From a virus (taxonomy: Duplodnaviria; Caudoviricetes): a stretch of 32,998 nt of DNA. The position numbers were made by a program, and so were the translations under genes. The DNA lies in the IMG/VR virus record IMGVR_UViG_3300005512_000183, positions 1 to 32,998 of that record; one strand, written 5' to 3'. This document shows positions 1-8,901 of the stretch, one piece after another (position 1 is the first letter of the stretch; each line of letters begins with the position of its first letter). The notes under the pieces are model-generated. The model was not told the origin of the DNA and did no database searches. It was given only the letters and a program-made list of their open reading frames with translations.

Positions 1-1
1 A

Positions 2-115
2 ACGAGAAATTTCTACGCCATCACGCTCGATGATTGTAGCAGTTCTCACTTGAATATGCTTGAACTCGCCTACGACTTCAATCTTATCCTGTTCTGTTCT
101 TTCTGTAAGTGCCAT
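2..115 (-). CDS. Partial small tail-fibre-associated protein (N-terminus only, runs off the window)
   Basis: ATG at 115 with AGGAGA RBS; translates MALTERTEQDKIEVVGEFKHIQVRTATIIERDGVEISR..., resembling small proteins that follow fibre genes in marine phages; not in the ORF track. Confidence 0.8.
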   Translation of the reverse strand, partial: MALTERTEQDKIEVVGEFKHIQVRTATIIERDGVEISR

Positions 116-138
116 TTTATTTCTCCTATTTTAGTATC

Positions 139-182
139 GTGACTTGACTTGTCACCTGTCCGCCTCTAGTTTCCCCTAGAGG
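139..182 (-). promoter_or_regulatory. Two-hairpin leader upstream of the small fibre-associated gene
   Basis: Minus strand CCTCTAG-GGGAAA-CTAGAGG (163-182), linker CGGACAG, then GTGAC-AAGTCAA-GTCAC (139-155); lies between an AATAAATA element (191-198) and the RBS. Confidence 0.5.
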
Positions 183-196
183 TATAAAGTTATTTA

Positions 197-1345
197 TTAT
201 GAAACTCTATATACAAAAGTAAGTCCAATTCCATAAGTGCCGCCATTAGTTACAGTGGATTGATTGTTGCCATAAGTAAAACCATATGAACCATTTGCTC
301 CAATATTCAAATTAGCATTCCATGTCTCTCCAGTTGCATACCATTCTCTAGAAACAATAGTAGCATAGTTCTGTCCAAAAACAGTAAATGGAAGACCACC
401 AAGAGTGCCAGTTGATGTTCCAGAATTAACCCACTGAAGAGTAATCTGACAGTGAACAATTCTACCTACCTTTGTATAAAACCCTTGTTGCGCTACATAA
501 GAACTCGCTGTAGACATTGTTGGAGTGAATGTGCCTTCTTCATAATCGTCAAGGATATTAGCAGCAGTTTTATCTACACCACTACCAAGTTCAATACCTT
601 GAGGAATTGAAATGACTCCATCGCTATGTATTCTTTGTGCATGAACTGATGAATTAATATAAGTATCAATTCTATTACTGTTATGGTCGTATTCTATATA
701 ACCATGATATGTTCCAGCACCAGATGTTGCATTTGCAAACAATAAAGAACCAGCACCAGTTGCACTACTTAATATTGCAATTCCTCTTGCACCAGAAGTA
801 TCACCGACAACAAGTCCAGGCCGTCCATTTGATGCTTGAATAGTGCTTGAACTGGTATTCCGAATCCCCACTGTATTACTGGATGAATCTACTTTTAATG
901 TATTTGTGTCTACTGTTAAGTCACCAGTAATCGCAATATTAGTATCCAGTTTTGCAGAAGTCACTGCACCACTAGCAAGTTCTGTTGTATCAACAGCTCC
1001 TGCAGCAATCTTTGCAGTTGTTACAGCATCATTTGCCAACTGACTTGTATTAACAGAACCAGCACTAGGTACACCGATATCCAGTGTATCACCAAGTGCA
1101 ATAATAAAGTCAATAACATCAGCACTTGTCAATGCAGAGTCAAAGATAATCTGTGAACCACTGACTGTGAATGAATCTTGTGGAGCCTGAATAACACCAT
1201 TAAGTGAAACCAACAGATGATTAGCACTTTGAGGATAGTATGCACCACTATCAAGTGTCAAGTTATAGGTAGCAGTAGCTGAAGTCGTAATCGAATCCAA
1301 CTTTGAATATGCACCAGCCTGTGGTTGTTTTCCGATAAATGGCAT
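197..1345 (-). CDS. Tail fibre / receptor-binding protein
   Basis: MPFIG..P N-terminus, adaptor domain (LLVSLNGVIQAP..FTVSGSQIIF), AVTxAKI spacer repeats, C-terminal DDYEEGTFTP..YTKVGRIVH head domain. Confidence 0.8.
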   Translation of the reverse strand: MPFIGKQPQAGAYSKLDSITTSATATYNLTLDSGAYYPQSANHLLVSLNGVIQAPQDSFTVSGSQIIFDSALTSADVIDFIIALGDTLDIGVPSAGSVNTSQLANDAVTTAKIAAGAVDTTELASGAVTSAKLDTNIAITGDLTVDTNTLKVDSSSNTVGIRNTSSSTIQASNGRPGLVVGDTSGARGIAILSSATGAGSLLFANATSGAGTYHGYIEYDHNSNRIDTYINSSVHAQRIHSDGVISIPQGIELGSGVDKTAANILDDYEEGTFTPTMSTASSYVAQQGFYTKVGRIVHCQITLQWVNSGTSTGTLGGLPFTVFGQNYATIVSREWYATGETWNANLNIGANGSYGFTYGNNQSTVTNGGTYGIGLTFVYRVS

Positions 1346-1370
1346 TATTTACTTTCCTCTATCACTATAT

Positions 1371-1574
1371 TTAGTCTGCATCTGCAATTGTTAAATCACC
1401 AGATTCTACTTGTCTCATAACTTCTAGATAATCTGTGTTTTGTGGTTGTGTTTCATCACTTGTTATTGGAACAATCATCCCACCAATATCAGTATCAATT
1501 TTAATTGCAATATTTTCGTTTGTAAGTTCGTCTAAAATATATTGTGCTGAAATAATATTATATCTATTTTCCAT
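1371..1574 (-). CDS. Small acidic fibre-associated protein (putative chaperone or tip)
   Basis: 67 aa, immediately after the fibre gene; VP..NTDYLEV..GDLTIADAD C-terminus. Confidence 0.7.
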   Translation of the reverse strand: MENRYNIISAQYILDELTNENIAIKIDTDIGGMIVPITSDETQPQNTDYLEVMRQVESGDLTIADAD

Positions 1575-1575
1575 G

Positions 1576-2751
1576 TTATAACTCCGCTATTAGTAGAGGT
1601 GTGCCTACTACATCAACATTATATGCAACCTCATCCGAAACACTATGTCCTGTATCTCTTAAAGCAATTATATTTTTGTATTGTTCATAACTTGCAATAA
1701 TAATAGAATTCGCCGTGCTATTAACATTTCCGTTTCTATGGGTAGAGTGACCACTATTAGGAATAGTAGGAGTTGTTCTCATAGGAGCGCCTAAAGGATA
1801 ACCAAACTGAATGGATGAACTACCAACTCCATTTCCAGCAAGATAACCAGACCCTAATTTTTGACAATACCTTTGACAAAGATAGAGTTCAGCAGCATAT
1901 GTGCTATGCTCGAATGTGGTAGCCTCAGTGCCTTCTTCAAGTTGTAATTGTGCAAATTGAATTTTATCATTGGTGTTATGACAATTACCAAATGCCCAAT
2001 ATATCTGCAATCCTTTGTCAAAGTTTGTCAAAGAAGTAGCAGAAGTTCTTGTAATCGTAAAATAATACCATGTATCTACTGAAGTAAGTGTGAGTGTTCC
2101 ATTGTTAGCAGCTGTTCCGTCACCAGAAATTGTTGCAGAAGTAAACGCAGCACCATGTGTAGTGTATCCAGCAAAGTTATCTGTTGCAGTGGGACAAATG
2201 ATGTTAGTTGAAATTGCTTGGTTTACACTACCACTTCTTTTAATATAACCACTGATAGTAAATGAATTTTTTGCTCTAATACCAGCAAGAGATGAGGACT
2301 CTACTCTTTGTCCAAAGTAACCACCACCATTTCCACTGTTTGCACTTGTTGGGCCTCTTACCTCTGCAAATTTATTGTTTGCATCTGAAGTTGGGCCTCC
2401 ATCAAATACATGATGTGTAGCACCAGTAGGACTCTGATCAAAATGCCCCATCCACCTGTCTGGAGAAAGATATTGCCAAATACCACCAGTATACGTTGCT
2501 GATGTGCCTCTTTGAGATATTCTGAAATTGCCATTGATAAAGACATTTCTTCTACCAGTTTCAATGCCAAGTTTACTTCCAGTAACAGCATCATCAGCAA
2601 TTTTTGCAGAAGAAACAGAACCGTCAGCAAACTTTGCAGAAGAAACAGAACCGTCAGCAATCTTTGCCTGTGTAACAGAACCATCAGCAATGTCAGTGTT
2701 TACAACTGTACTGTCTGGTATTGCCCTTGAATTTAGTTTAATAAGTGCCAT
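1576..2751 (-). CDS. Tail fibre with putative carbohydrate-binding-like head
   Basis: IADGSVxSAK repeats followed by GRRNVFINGNFRISQRG..DRW and QLEEGTEATTFEH..ELYLCQRY motifs typical of phage fibre domains. Confidence 0.8.
   Translation of the reverse strand: MALIKLNSRAIPDSTVVNTDIADGSVTQAKIADGSVSSAKFADGSVSSAKIADDAVTGSKLGIETGRRNVFINGNFRISQRGTSATYTGGIWQYLSPDRWMGHFDQSPTGATHHVFDGGPTSDANNKFAEVRGPTSANSGNGGGYFGQRVESSSLAGIRAKNSFTISGYIKRSGSVNQAISTNIICPTATDNFAGYTTHGAAFTSATISGDGTAANNGTLTLTSVDTWYYFTITRTSATSLTNFDKGLQIYWAFGNCHNTNDKIQFAQLQLEEGTEATTFEHSTYAAELYLCQRYCQKLGSGYLAGNGVGSSSIQFGYPLGAPMRTTPTIPNSGHSTHRNGNVNSTANSIIIASYEQYKNIIALRDTGHSVSDEVAYNVDVVGTPLLIAEL
2593..2691. repeat. 30-bp coding tandem repeat (~3.3 copies; 10-aa IADGSVSSAK)
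   Basis: tcagcaatttttgcagaagaaacagaaccg / tcagcaaactttgcagaagaaacagaaccg / tcagcaatctttgcctgtgtaacagaacca. Confidence 0.9.
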
Positions 2752-2780
2752 TCTGTTCTTTTCCTATTAATCTCTTTTAT

Positions 2781-3056
2781 TTATTCGGTTGGTAGTGCTG
2801 CTTCCATTGCAGTCTTTCGTGCTGCAGCAGTTTCCACTACACCCAAATCAAAGGCCTGAGTAATTTGTGCATCTTCACCTGTTGCAATTGCAATCTCATT
2901 TGCATTGCAATGTTTTACAAGAAGGTCAATAATTTCTTCTTTTGCAACTCGTGCTCTGTTTGTCAAAGCATTATCTGCCCAATCTTGAACAGAAACAGCA
3001 CAATACTCCATACACTTATTTTCTGTGTCTGAAAGTGTCACTGTAATATCTGGCAT
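2781..3056 (-). CDS. Small fibre-associated protein, paralog of 5256..5531
   Basis: 91 aa; shared W..N..NR...AK.EI...L..HCN.NEI.IA.G...Q..QA..LG.V.TAA pattern; follows a C1q-type fibre. Confidence 0.8.
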   Translation of the reverse strand: MPDITVTLSDTENKCMEYCAVSVQDWADNALTNRARVAKEEIIDLLVKHCNANEIAIATGEDAQITQAFDLGVVETAAARKTAMEAALPTE

Positions 3057-3072
3057 TATATTCTCCTGTTAA

Positions 3073-4224
3073 TTATCCTAGTAGGTATCCACCCACAAAA
3101 CTTCTGTTTGCATATATTTGTGAGTTGTTATCGTTGTCAAAAATTAGATAAACTGGTTTTAGTGTATCGTTTGCATTTAGATTAAATACTTTAGAAACGA
3201 AAACATGGTCTTGGTCTGACGAACCTTCATTACCTAAACCTGTCTGAAGCCAAGGGTCACCGCCTGAGTTTCCTTGTGATGTTGTTCCACCACCACCGTT
3301 AATATAGAAACCAGCGTGTATTCTGTTTGCACCACTTGTGAAAGACATAGCAAGGTAAATAAGATATTTACCAGCAACAGGAGCAGTAAATGTTCCAGCA
3401 CTATCCCATCCACTACCAATATTCCAACCAACAGTGCCAAATGCATTTCCATATTGAACTGAGCCATACCCGCCAGCATTTGAAGTTGTTGTCCAACCAG
3501 CAAAGAATGATATTTGATTTGGTTTAGTTACATAACCTTCAGAAGTAAATTCAATTGCATTTGTTCCAGCAGTTCCAGCATCATTTAGCATTCTCATGTT
3601 TGCTTTGTCACCACTCATATAAAAATTCAAGGTTCTTTTGTCAGCAGTCATGTCTGTGTTTGTCAAAGAAATCTCTGCACCACTAGCATTATTACCATAT
3701 ACGACAAATTTTCTATTTGGAGTTAGTGTTCCAATACCAAATTGAGGAGTTGCCCCACCAATGAATTTTAAGTCATCCGAAACATTAAGAGTTCCATCAA
3801 CATCTAAGTTTCCAGCGATATCAATATTCGTATCTAGTTTCGCAGAAGTCACTGCACCACTAGCAAGTTCTGTTGTATCAACAGCCCCAGCAGCAATCTT
3901 TGCACTAGTGACAGCATTGTTTACTAGTTTTGCAGTTCCAATAGAACCGTCTGGTGGAACGACTGAACTTTCAATTGTTCCAGCAATATGAAGAACATAG
4001 AAATTAACACCAGTTGCTGGTGCAGCACTCATCGTCAAAGTTGTTCCATTAACTGTATAAGCGTCTGTAGGTTCTTGGCGAACATTACCTACATAGACAG
4101 CAATATCATTTACAGTTGCAACTTGTTTTGATAACGTAAATACTGTGGTTGAACCGTCTGCTGTAAAATCATCCTTGACGATTGTAGCAAAACCAGCGGT
4201 TGGATTTTTTCCAATAAATGGCAT
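3073..4224 (-). CDS. Tail fibre with C-terminal C1q/TNF-like domain
   Basis: MPFIG..P start, FTADGSTTVFTL adaptor domain, spacer repeats, C1q-like FTAPVAGKYLI..LNANDTL..SFVGGYLLG. Confidence 0.8.
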   Translation of the reverse strand: MPFIGKNPTAGFATIVKDDFTADGSTTVFTLSKQVATVNDIAVYVGNVRQEPTDAYTVNGTTLTMSAAPATGVNFYVLHIAGTIESSVVPPDGSIGTAKLVNNAVTSAKIAAGAVDTTELASGAVTSAKLDTNIDIAGNLDVDGTLNVSDDLKFIGGATPQFGIGTLTPNRKFVVYGNNASGAEISLTNTDMTADKRTLNFYMSGDKANMRMLNDAGTAGTNAIEFTSEGYVTKPNQISFFAGWTTTSNAGGYGSVQYGNAFGTVGWNIGSGWDSAGTFTAPVAGKYLIYLAMSFTSGANRIHAGFYINGGGGTTSQGNSGGDPWLQTGLGNEGSSDQDHVFVSKVFNLNANDTLKPVYLIFDNDNNSQIYANRSFVGGYLLG

Positions 4225-4238
4225 ATTACACTATCCTC

Positions 4239-4571
4239 TTAGGTTTTTTCCATAATACCCAAAACAACATCAAGTGCAGAACCAGTGCCTGCCTGAACCT
4301 TGAGAATGTCTGCGGCCTCTAAAATATATTTTTGTCCAGCAAGAGTTTCCAATGTAGTATTTGCTGGAATACTTACATCCTCTAGTAATTGGTGTGTTGT
4401 ACTCGCAGAATTATCTGTGAATTGAACCTTAACTGTCACCGCTGAAGTTGTTTTATTAGCGATGGCAAGTCCAAGAACAACAACTTGTGTAGCAGCAGGC
4501 GCAGTGTATAGAGTATCATATGAACCTGTTGATACATCAGCAAGAGCCGCATTTTTGAAAGTGTTCGCCAT
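4239..4571 (-). CDS. Small virion beta-sandwich connector protein, paralog of 7729..8073
   Basis: MANTFKNA..LYTAP..IAN..IP..TL..GQK..L..D.LKV pattern shared with 7729..8073. Confidence 0.8.
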   Translation of the reverse strand: MANTFKNAALADVSTGSYDTLYTAPAATQVVVLGLAIANKTTSAVTVKVQFTDNSASTTHQLLEDVSIPANTTLETLAGQKYILEAADILKVQAGTGSALDVVLGIMEKT

Positions 4572-4585
4572 TTTATTTTCCTATA

Positions 4586-5221
4586 TTATCCTAAAGCAAT
4601 CGCAAGTGCAGTTGCATCATCTTCTGGATCAAATGCGAGATCAACTCTTGCAATTGAACCATCTTGAATTTTTGCAGAAGTAACTGTATTATCTGCAATA
4701 GTATTTAGAGTGTTAATGTTATTAAGTTGATAAACTTGAATATTGTTTGTTCCACTTGCTGGAGCACCTGTGAATGTAAGTGTCTGTCCAGTTACAGTAA
4801 ATGCATATGAAGAGCCTTCTCTTTGATAGACATTATCTACAAAGACAATGAAGTTTCTTGCATCATTGGTTACTGGTGTTCTTGTAAGTGTAAACGCAAC
4901 AGTAGAACCATCTCCATTGAATATATCAACGAAAGATTCAGATTGACTAACAGATGCCTGTAGTAGTTGTCTACCCAAATATGTGATAAAGACTCTACCA
5001 GATGCATCTGGTGCTTCAGAAAAGTTAATAACTCCCTGTCCTGTCGAAGTAGATACAGTATAAGAGTAATCTGGCTCCTGTATAACACCGTCCAAAGAAA
5101 CCAACAGTTGTGACGATGTTGATACTGGATAGTCTAGATTAAATTGTGTAGTCGAACCATCACCAGTGAGCACCTGTTTGTCAAATACTCCGTAGGACGG
5201 TTCTGCGCCAATATAACTCAT
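4586..5221 (-). CDS. Tail-fibre adaptor/branching protein (two GDGSTT domains, C-terminal ALAIALG)
   Basis: MSYIG..P start; two GDGST..F..V..DGV.Q..YT..F..AP modules. Confidence 0.75.
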   Translation of the reverse strand: MSYIGAEPSYGVFDKQVLTGDGSTTQFNLDYPVSTSSQLLVSLDGVIQEPDYSYTVSTSTGQGVINFSEAPDASGRVFITYLGRQLLQASVSQSESFVDIFNGDGSTVAFTLTRTPVTNDARNFIVFVDNVYQREGSSYAFTVTGQTLTFTGAPASGTNNIQVYQLNNINTLNTIADNTVTSAKIQDGSIARVDLAFDPEDDATALAIALG

Positions 5222-5255
5222 TGTTGTCTACCTTTATAATTCATACTATTATTTA

Positions 5256-5531
5256 TTACACTTCTTCAGCAGCTTCAGCATCTGCCTGTCTCTGTGCGGC
5301 AGTTTTAACCAAACCAAGACTATATGCCTGATTGACTTGACCGTTTAGACCTAGTGCAATTTGAATCTCGTTTTCATTACAATGTTGAATAAGAATGTCT
5401 GCAATTTCTTTTTTTGCATGATGAGATCTATTAGAAACAACATCTGCTACCCACTGTGTTGGATCAACAACAGCAAATTCTAATGCATCCATATCATAAT
5501 CTTCAACCGTAATTGTAATTGTTTGTGACAT
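5256..5531 (-). CDS. Small fibre-associated protein, paralog of 2781..3056
   Basis: 91 aa, same motif set as 2781..3056; follows the C1q-type fibre 5547..6905. Confidence 0.8.
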   Translation of the reverse strand: MSQTITITVEDYDMDALEFAVVDPTQWVADVVSNRSHHAKKEIADILIQHCNENEIQIALGLNGQVNQAYSLGLVKTAAQRQADAEAAEEV

Positions 5532-5546
5532 AATATTATTTTCTCC

Positions 5547-6905
5547 TTAATTGATTAGTGCGCCCAAAAAGAATGTGTGATGGAAATTAGCAAAAACTGT
5601 TGATGTAGTTCCACTGTTAGCATATGGACACACTCCAATAGTATCGTTTGCACTGCATCGTATTACTACACTTCCAACAACCCTATCTCCAGTAGTTCCA
5701 TTATTGGGGAAACCTACTGTTATACTTCTTCCGCCGGCCTTTACCAACCAAATTTGTTCAACAGAAGTGACACCTACATAAACACCAACGGTAAAAATAT
5801 ACTCACCAGCAACTGGACAAGTAAATAATCCATTACTAGTATTGAAGTTCCCCCCAATGTCGTGATATTCTGCATTAAATGGAACTACTTGTGTCTGGTT
5901 ATTTGGTGTCCACCCTGTCCAGTTTCCACTAAGATATGCCCAAAACGCTGGTTGATGTGGAACAGTGTGATTTCCAAATTTATCAAGACGCATTACTTCT
6001 CTATGGTAATTTCCTGTATAATGAGTCTCAAATGCTATTTCTTGTGATCCAGCAGTATCATGGAATGCGATAGCAGCACCACCAGATACGCCTAAATTAT
6101 AGTTACCAGTGCTATTATAATATTGAATGCGAGTGGGATTAGTTCCACTTTGCAATCTTATATTGCCATTGACTGATAATTTTTCAGCTGGATTATTAGT
6201 GGAAATGCCCACTTGGCCGTTGCTGTCGATACGCATACGTTCTGTGCCACCATTTGTATGAAATGTAAAAGCATTTGATGCGTGTTGGTAGTTTACTTGC
6301 CCAGTTGTTGTGCTATCAGTATCAGCAAAGAATATAGCACTGTTAGATGAGTTATCTGCGTATATGGTAATACCCTCTGAGCCACTACCAGTTCCAACTA
6401 CAAGATTATTTGCACCACCATTAAATGAAGAAGGACTACTAGTACCAATGCCCACGTGGCCTGAGCTGTCAATACGCATACGTTCTGTTGGAACAGAATC
6501 TGATGTTCCACTTCTTGTAGAAAAGAATAAATCACCTTCAGTAGCACCAGTGCCACTTGTTACATCAAAACCTATTACTGCTGCATTTGTATTAGCAACA
6601 CCACCACCCAATCCAAATCCAATATTTAATTTCCTGCCAGTAACTGCGTCTGTAGTTAGATGCAACGCACTATCAGTCATACTACCAGTTGATGAAACTG
6701 TATTTTTGATTTCAAGTTTTGCTACGCCTGAAGTTGTGCCGATGCCCACTCTATTGTTTGTACTGTCTAGATAAAGTGTTCCAGAATCATAGTTAAAGTT
6801 ATTTGATAATTTCGCACCAGTGACAGCTCCAGTTGCAATGTCAACAGCTTCAATAGTTACATCACCATTTAAAAGTTCTGCAATATTTTTTGAATTACTA
6901 GCCAT
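5547..6905 (-). CDS. Tail fibre with ERMRIDS.G.VGIGT shaft repeats and C1q-like head
   Basis: Repeated TERMRIDSSGHVGIGT / TERMRIDSNGQVGIS; C-terminal FNTSNGLFTCPVAGEYIF..HTFFLGALI. Confidence 0.85.
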   Translation of the reverse strand: MASNSKNIAELLNGDVTIEAVDIATGAVTGAKLSNNFNYDSGTLYLDSTNNRVGIGTTSGVAKLEIKNTVSSTGSMTDSALHLTTDAVTGRKLNIGFGLGGGVANTNAAVIGFDVTSGTGATEGDLFFSTRSGTSDSVPTERMRIDSSGHVGIGTSSPSSFNGGANNLVVGTGSGSEGITIYADNSSNSAIFFADTDSTTTGQVNYQHASNAFTFHTNGGTERMRIDSNGQVGISTNNPAEKLSVNGNIRLQSGTNPTRIQYYNSTGNYNLGVSGGAAIAFHDTAGSQEIAFETHYTGNYHREVMRLDKFGNHTVPHQPAFWAYLSGNWTGWTPNNQTQVVPFNAEYHDIGGNFNTSNGLFTCPVAGEYIFTVGVYVGVTSVEQIWLVKAGGRSITVGFPNNGTTGDRVVGSVVIRCSANDTIGVCPYANSGTTSTVFANFHHTFFLGALIN

Positions 6906-7714
6906 TATAGTTGATACCTTACTTGAATGTCAGATGATACTACTGGAGCAAAAGTTATTGTTAGTGTTTGTCCACTAATTGTATAATCTGTTGTTGGTTT
7001 TAAACAAATACCATTATAATATACAAATGCACTATTAGTAGGAATACCAGAGTGTGTTAGTGTAAATGCAGTTGTCGAACCATCACCAGTAAATGTGTCT
7101 AGTTGATAATCGGTTGATCTACGAACCACACCACGAACACCCAAGTGTTTTACTTCAATCTCTGCACTCGCAACAGGAGCGCCAGTAAATGTCAAACTAC
7201 TTCCAGATAGTGTGTAGTTTGTTGTTACCTTTTGAATAATACCATCAACGGCAACCAATAGAGAATTAGCGTTTGGTGGTGTTTCTGACAATGCATAAGA
7301 AGTTGTCGAACCATCACCAGTAAATGTATCTGTCGTAAATGATTTTAAATTTGCAGCAAGTTCTACACTACCAACCGAACCGCCTGGCGGTTTCATGTTA
7401 TAAGAACCAATACCTCTATGAACAACATAAATTGATGCTGTTGAAGAAGGAGATTCAGAGAAATTTAAAATTGTTGGTTGATTAGACGAATTCTCGTGAA
7501 CTGTATAAGCGACATCTGGTTCTTGAACAATATTATCTAGAACTACTAAAATATTCTCTGTATTGGCTCCCGGCACCTCAACAGACAATTCTATTGCGTT
7601 AGAATATGTTGCATAGGCTCCTGTTACGCTACCAAATTGCGATCCAGTGAAATCCTCTTTGGGAAAACTTGGAGACACTTGATTAACATATGGAACACCA
7701 ATATAATTAGACAT
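6905..7714 (-). CDS. Tail-fibre adaptor protein with three GDGSTT-type domains
   Basis: MSNYIG start; two FTGDGSTT modules plus one divergent module; DNA repeat gttgtcgaaccatcaccagtaaatgt near 7071 and 7301. Confidence 0.75.
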   Translation of the reverse strand: MSNYIGVPYVNQVSPSFPKEDFTGSQFGSVTGAYATYSNAIELSVEVPGANTENILVVLDNIVQEPDVAYTVHENSSNQPTILNFSESPSSTASIYVVHRGIGSYNMKPPGGSVGSVELAANLKSFTTDTFTGDGSTTSYALSETPPNANSLLVAVDGIIQKVTTNYTLSGSSLTFTGAPVASAEIEVKHLGVRGVVRRSTDYQLDTFTGDGSTTAFTLTHSGIPTNSAFVYYNGICLKPTTDYTISGQTLTITFAPVVSSDIQVRYQL

Positions 7715-7728
7715 TTAGTTACCCCTTA

Positions 7729-8073
7729 TTATGTAACATCTTCTAGAATTGATGCAACAACATCTACTGTTGCCGCACTTGCATATACACGAATTTCATC
7801 GTCACCGTTCAACACAATCTTTTGACCTGACACAACCTTCAAAGACGAGCCCGAAGGAATAGGTGCGTTCTTTACGATATGATAAGATGCTGTTCCAGAA
7901 CTATCATACACAAGAACAGTTGCAGAAACAGCAGAAGTTCCTGTGTTTGCAACATCAAGTTCAATCAGAATTGAGTTAACGGCAGAACCATTGTTCGCAG
8001 TGTATACAGTAGTAGGTGAACCACTAGATGTCGATACACTTGTTGCGAATGCATTTTTAAAATTATTTGCCAT
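7729..8073 (-). CDS. Small virion connector protein, paralog of 4239..4571
   Basis: MANNFKNA..VYTA..VAN..IP.GSSL..GQKIVL..D.I.V. Confidence 0.8.
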   Translation of the reverse strand: MANNFKNAFATSVSTSSGSPTTVYTANNGSAVNSILIELDVANTGTSAVSATVLVYDSSGTASYHIVKNAPIPSGSSLKVVSGQKIVLNGDDEIRVYASAATVDVVASILEDVT

Positions 8074-8097
8074 TCTGATTTCTTCCTTTGTTTATCC

Positions 8098-8105
8098 TAT
8101 TTATA
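8098..8105 (-). promoter_or_regulatory. T4-type late promoter TATAAATA
   Basis: Exact consensus in the intergenic gap upstream of 7729..8073. Confidence 0.8.
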
Positions 8106-8109
8106 ATGA

Positions 8110-8673
8110 TTACCCAAGAGCAACTGCAAGTGCAATTGCAAAACCTTCAACTGCAATGTTACCACCAACTGATGGGAATGTTAATGAACCTGTCATGCCA
8201 CCACTCAAGTCTGTAATACTGTTATTAATTGCAATACCTGTATTAGTAGTTGACATCTTTACATCATTGTCATAATACAAATCGACAGAACCATCTGCTG
8301 TGCCAAGAATCATAGTTTCATTTGCAGCTGCGTTTTGGACTTTAAATAAATCTGCACTTAGTTGTAATTCACCAGTTGTATTATCGATCCTAGAATTTGT
8401 TCCGTCATGGTAGATTTGTAAATCGTCATCATCGCCAAACTTAATTCTTTCGCTTGCAGGCCCAGTAGAATCATCAAAGTCAATGACTGTAGGAAACATA
8501 ACAGAACTTAAAGCTCCCTCAAGTTCTGAGATTGCTTCAATTACATCTGTTACTGCATTACCATTGACAGTAGATGGAAGATTAGCAATATCACCCACAT
8601 CAACTGCAAGTTCATTGAATTCTACTCTCCACTCTTCAAAAGTGAAACTAGCTGGTGCGTTACGATCTGCCAT
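8110..8673 (-). CDS. Virion structural / fibre-anchor protein (C-terminal IALAVALG)
   Basis: N-terminal TFEEWRVEFNEL..DVGD motif seen in T4-like marine phage structural proteins; FGDDDDLQIYHDG fibre repeat. Confidence 0.7.
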   Translation of the reverse strand: MADRNAPASFTFEEWRVEFNELAVDVGDIANLPSTVNGNAVTDVIEAISELEGALSSVMFPTVIDFDDSTGPASERIKFGDDDDLQIYHDGTNSRIDNTTGELQLSADLFKVQNAAANETMILGTADGSVDLYYDNDVKMSTTNTGIAINNSITDLSGGMTGSLTFPSVGGNIAVEGFAIALAVALG

Positions 8674-8900
8674 TATTTCTTATCCATCATTTGCATTAAT
8701 AGAGATTTTATTTCATGCATCTCTGACTTTAAACTATTTATGTCTCTTACCGCATCCCTCAACTCATCCTTTTGCTTTTGAACAGAACGAGATCTTTTAA
8801 TTGCAGCTTCGTATGCAGCAACATTTGTATTTACAATAGCACGAGAATTAGTATCTCTTACTAAGTCTGGATGATTTTCTACTTTTACATATTCACTCAT
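8673..8900 (-). CDS. Conserved small coiled-coil virion-module protein
   Basis: Likely start MSEYVKVENHPDLVRD at 8900, just after the VrlC stop; C-terminal heptads. Confidence 0.75.
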   Translation of the reverse strand: MSEYVKVENHPDLVRDTNSRAIVNTNVAAYEAAIKRSRSVQKQKDELRDAVRDINSLKSEMHEIKSLLMQMMDKK

Positions 8901-8901
8901 A

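Noticed and set aside
163-182. Rho-independent terminator
   Set aside because: The stem has no U-tract on the coding strand; kept as a possible leader structure instead
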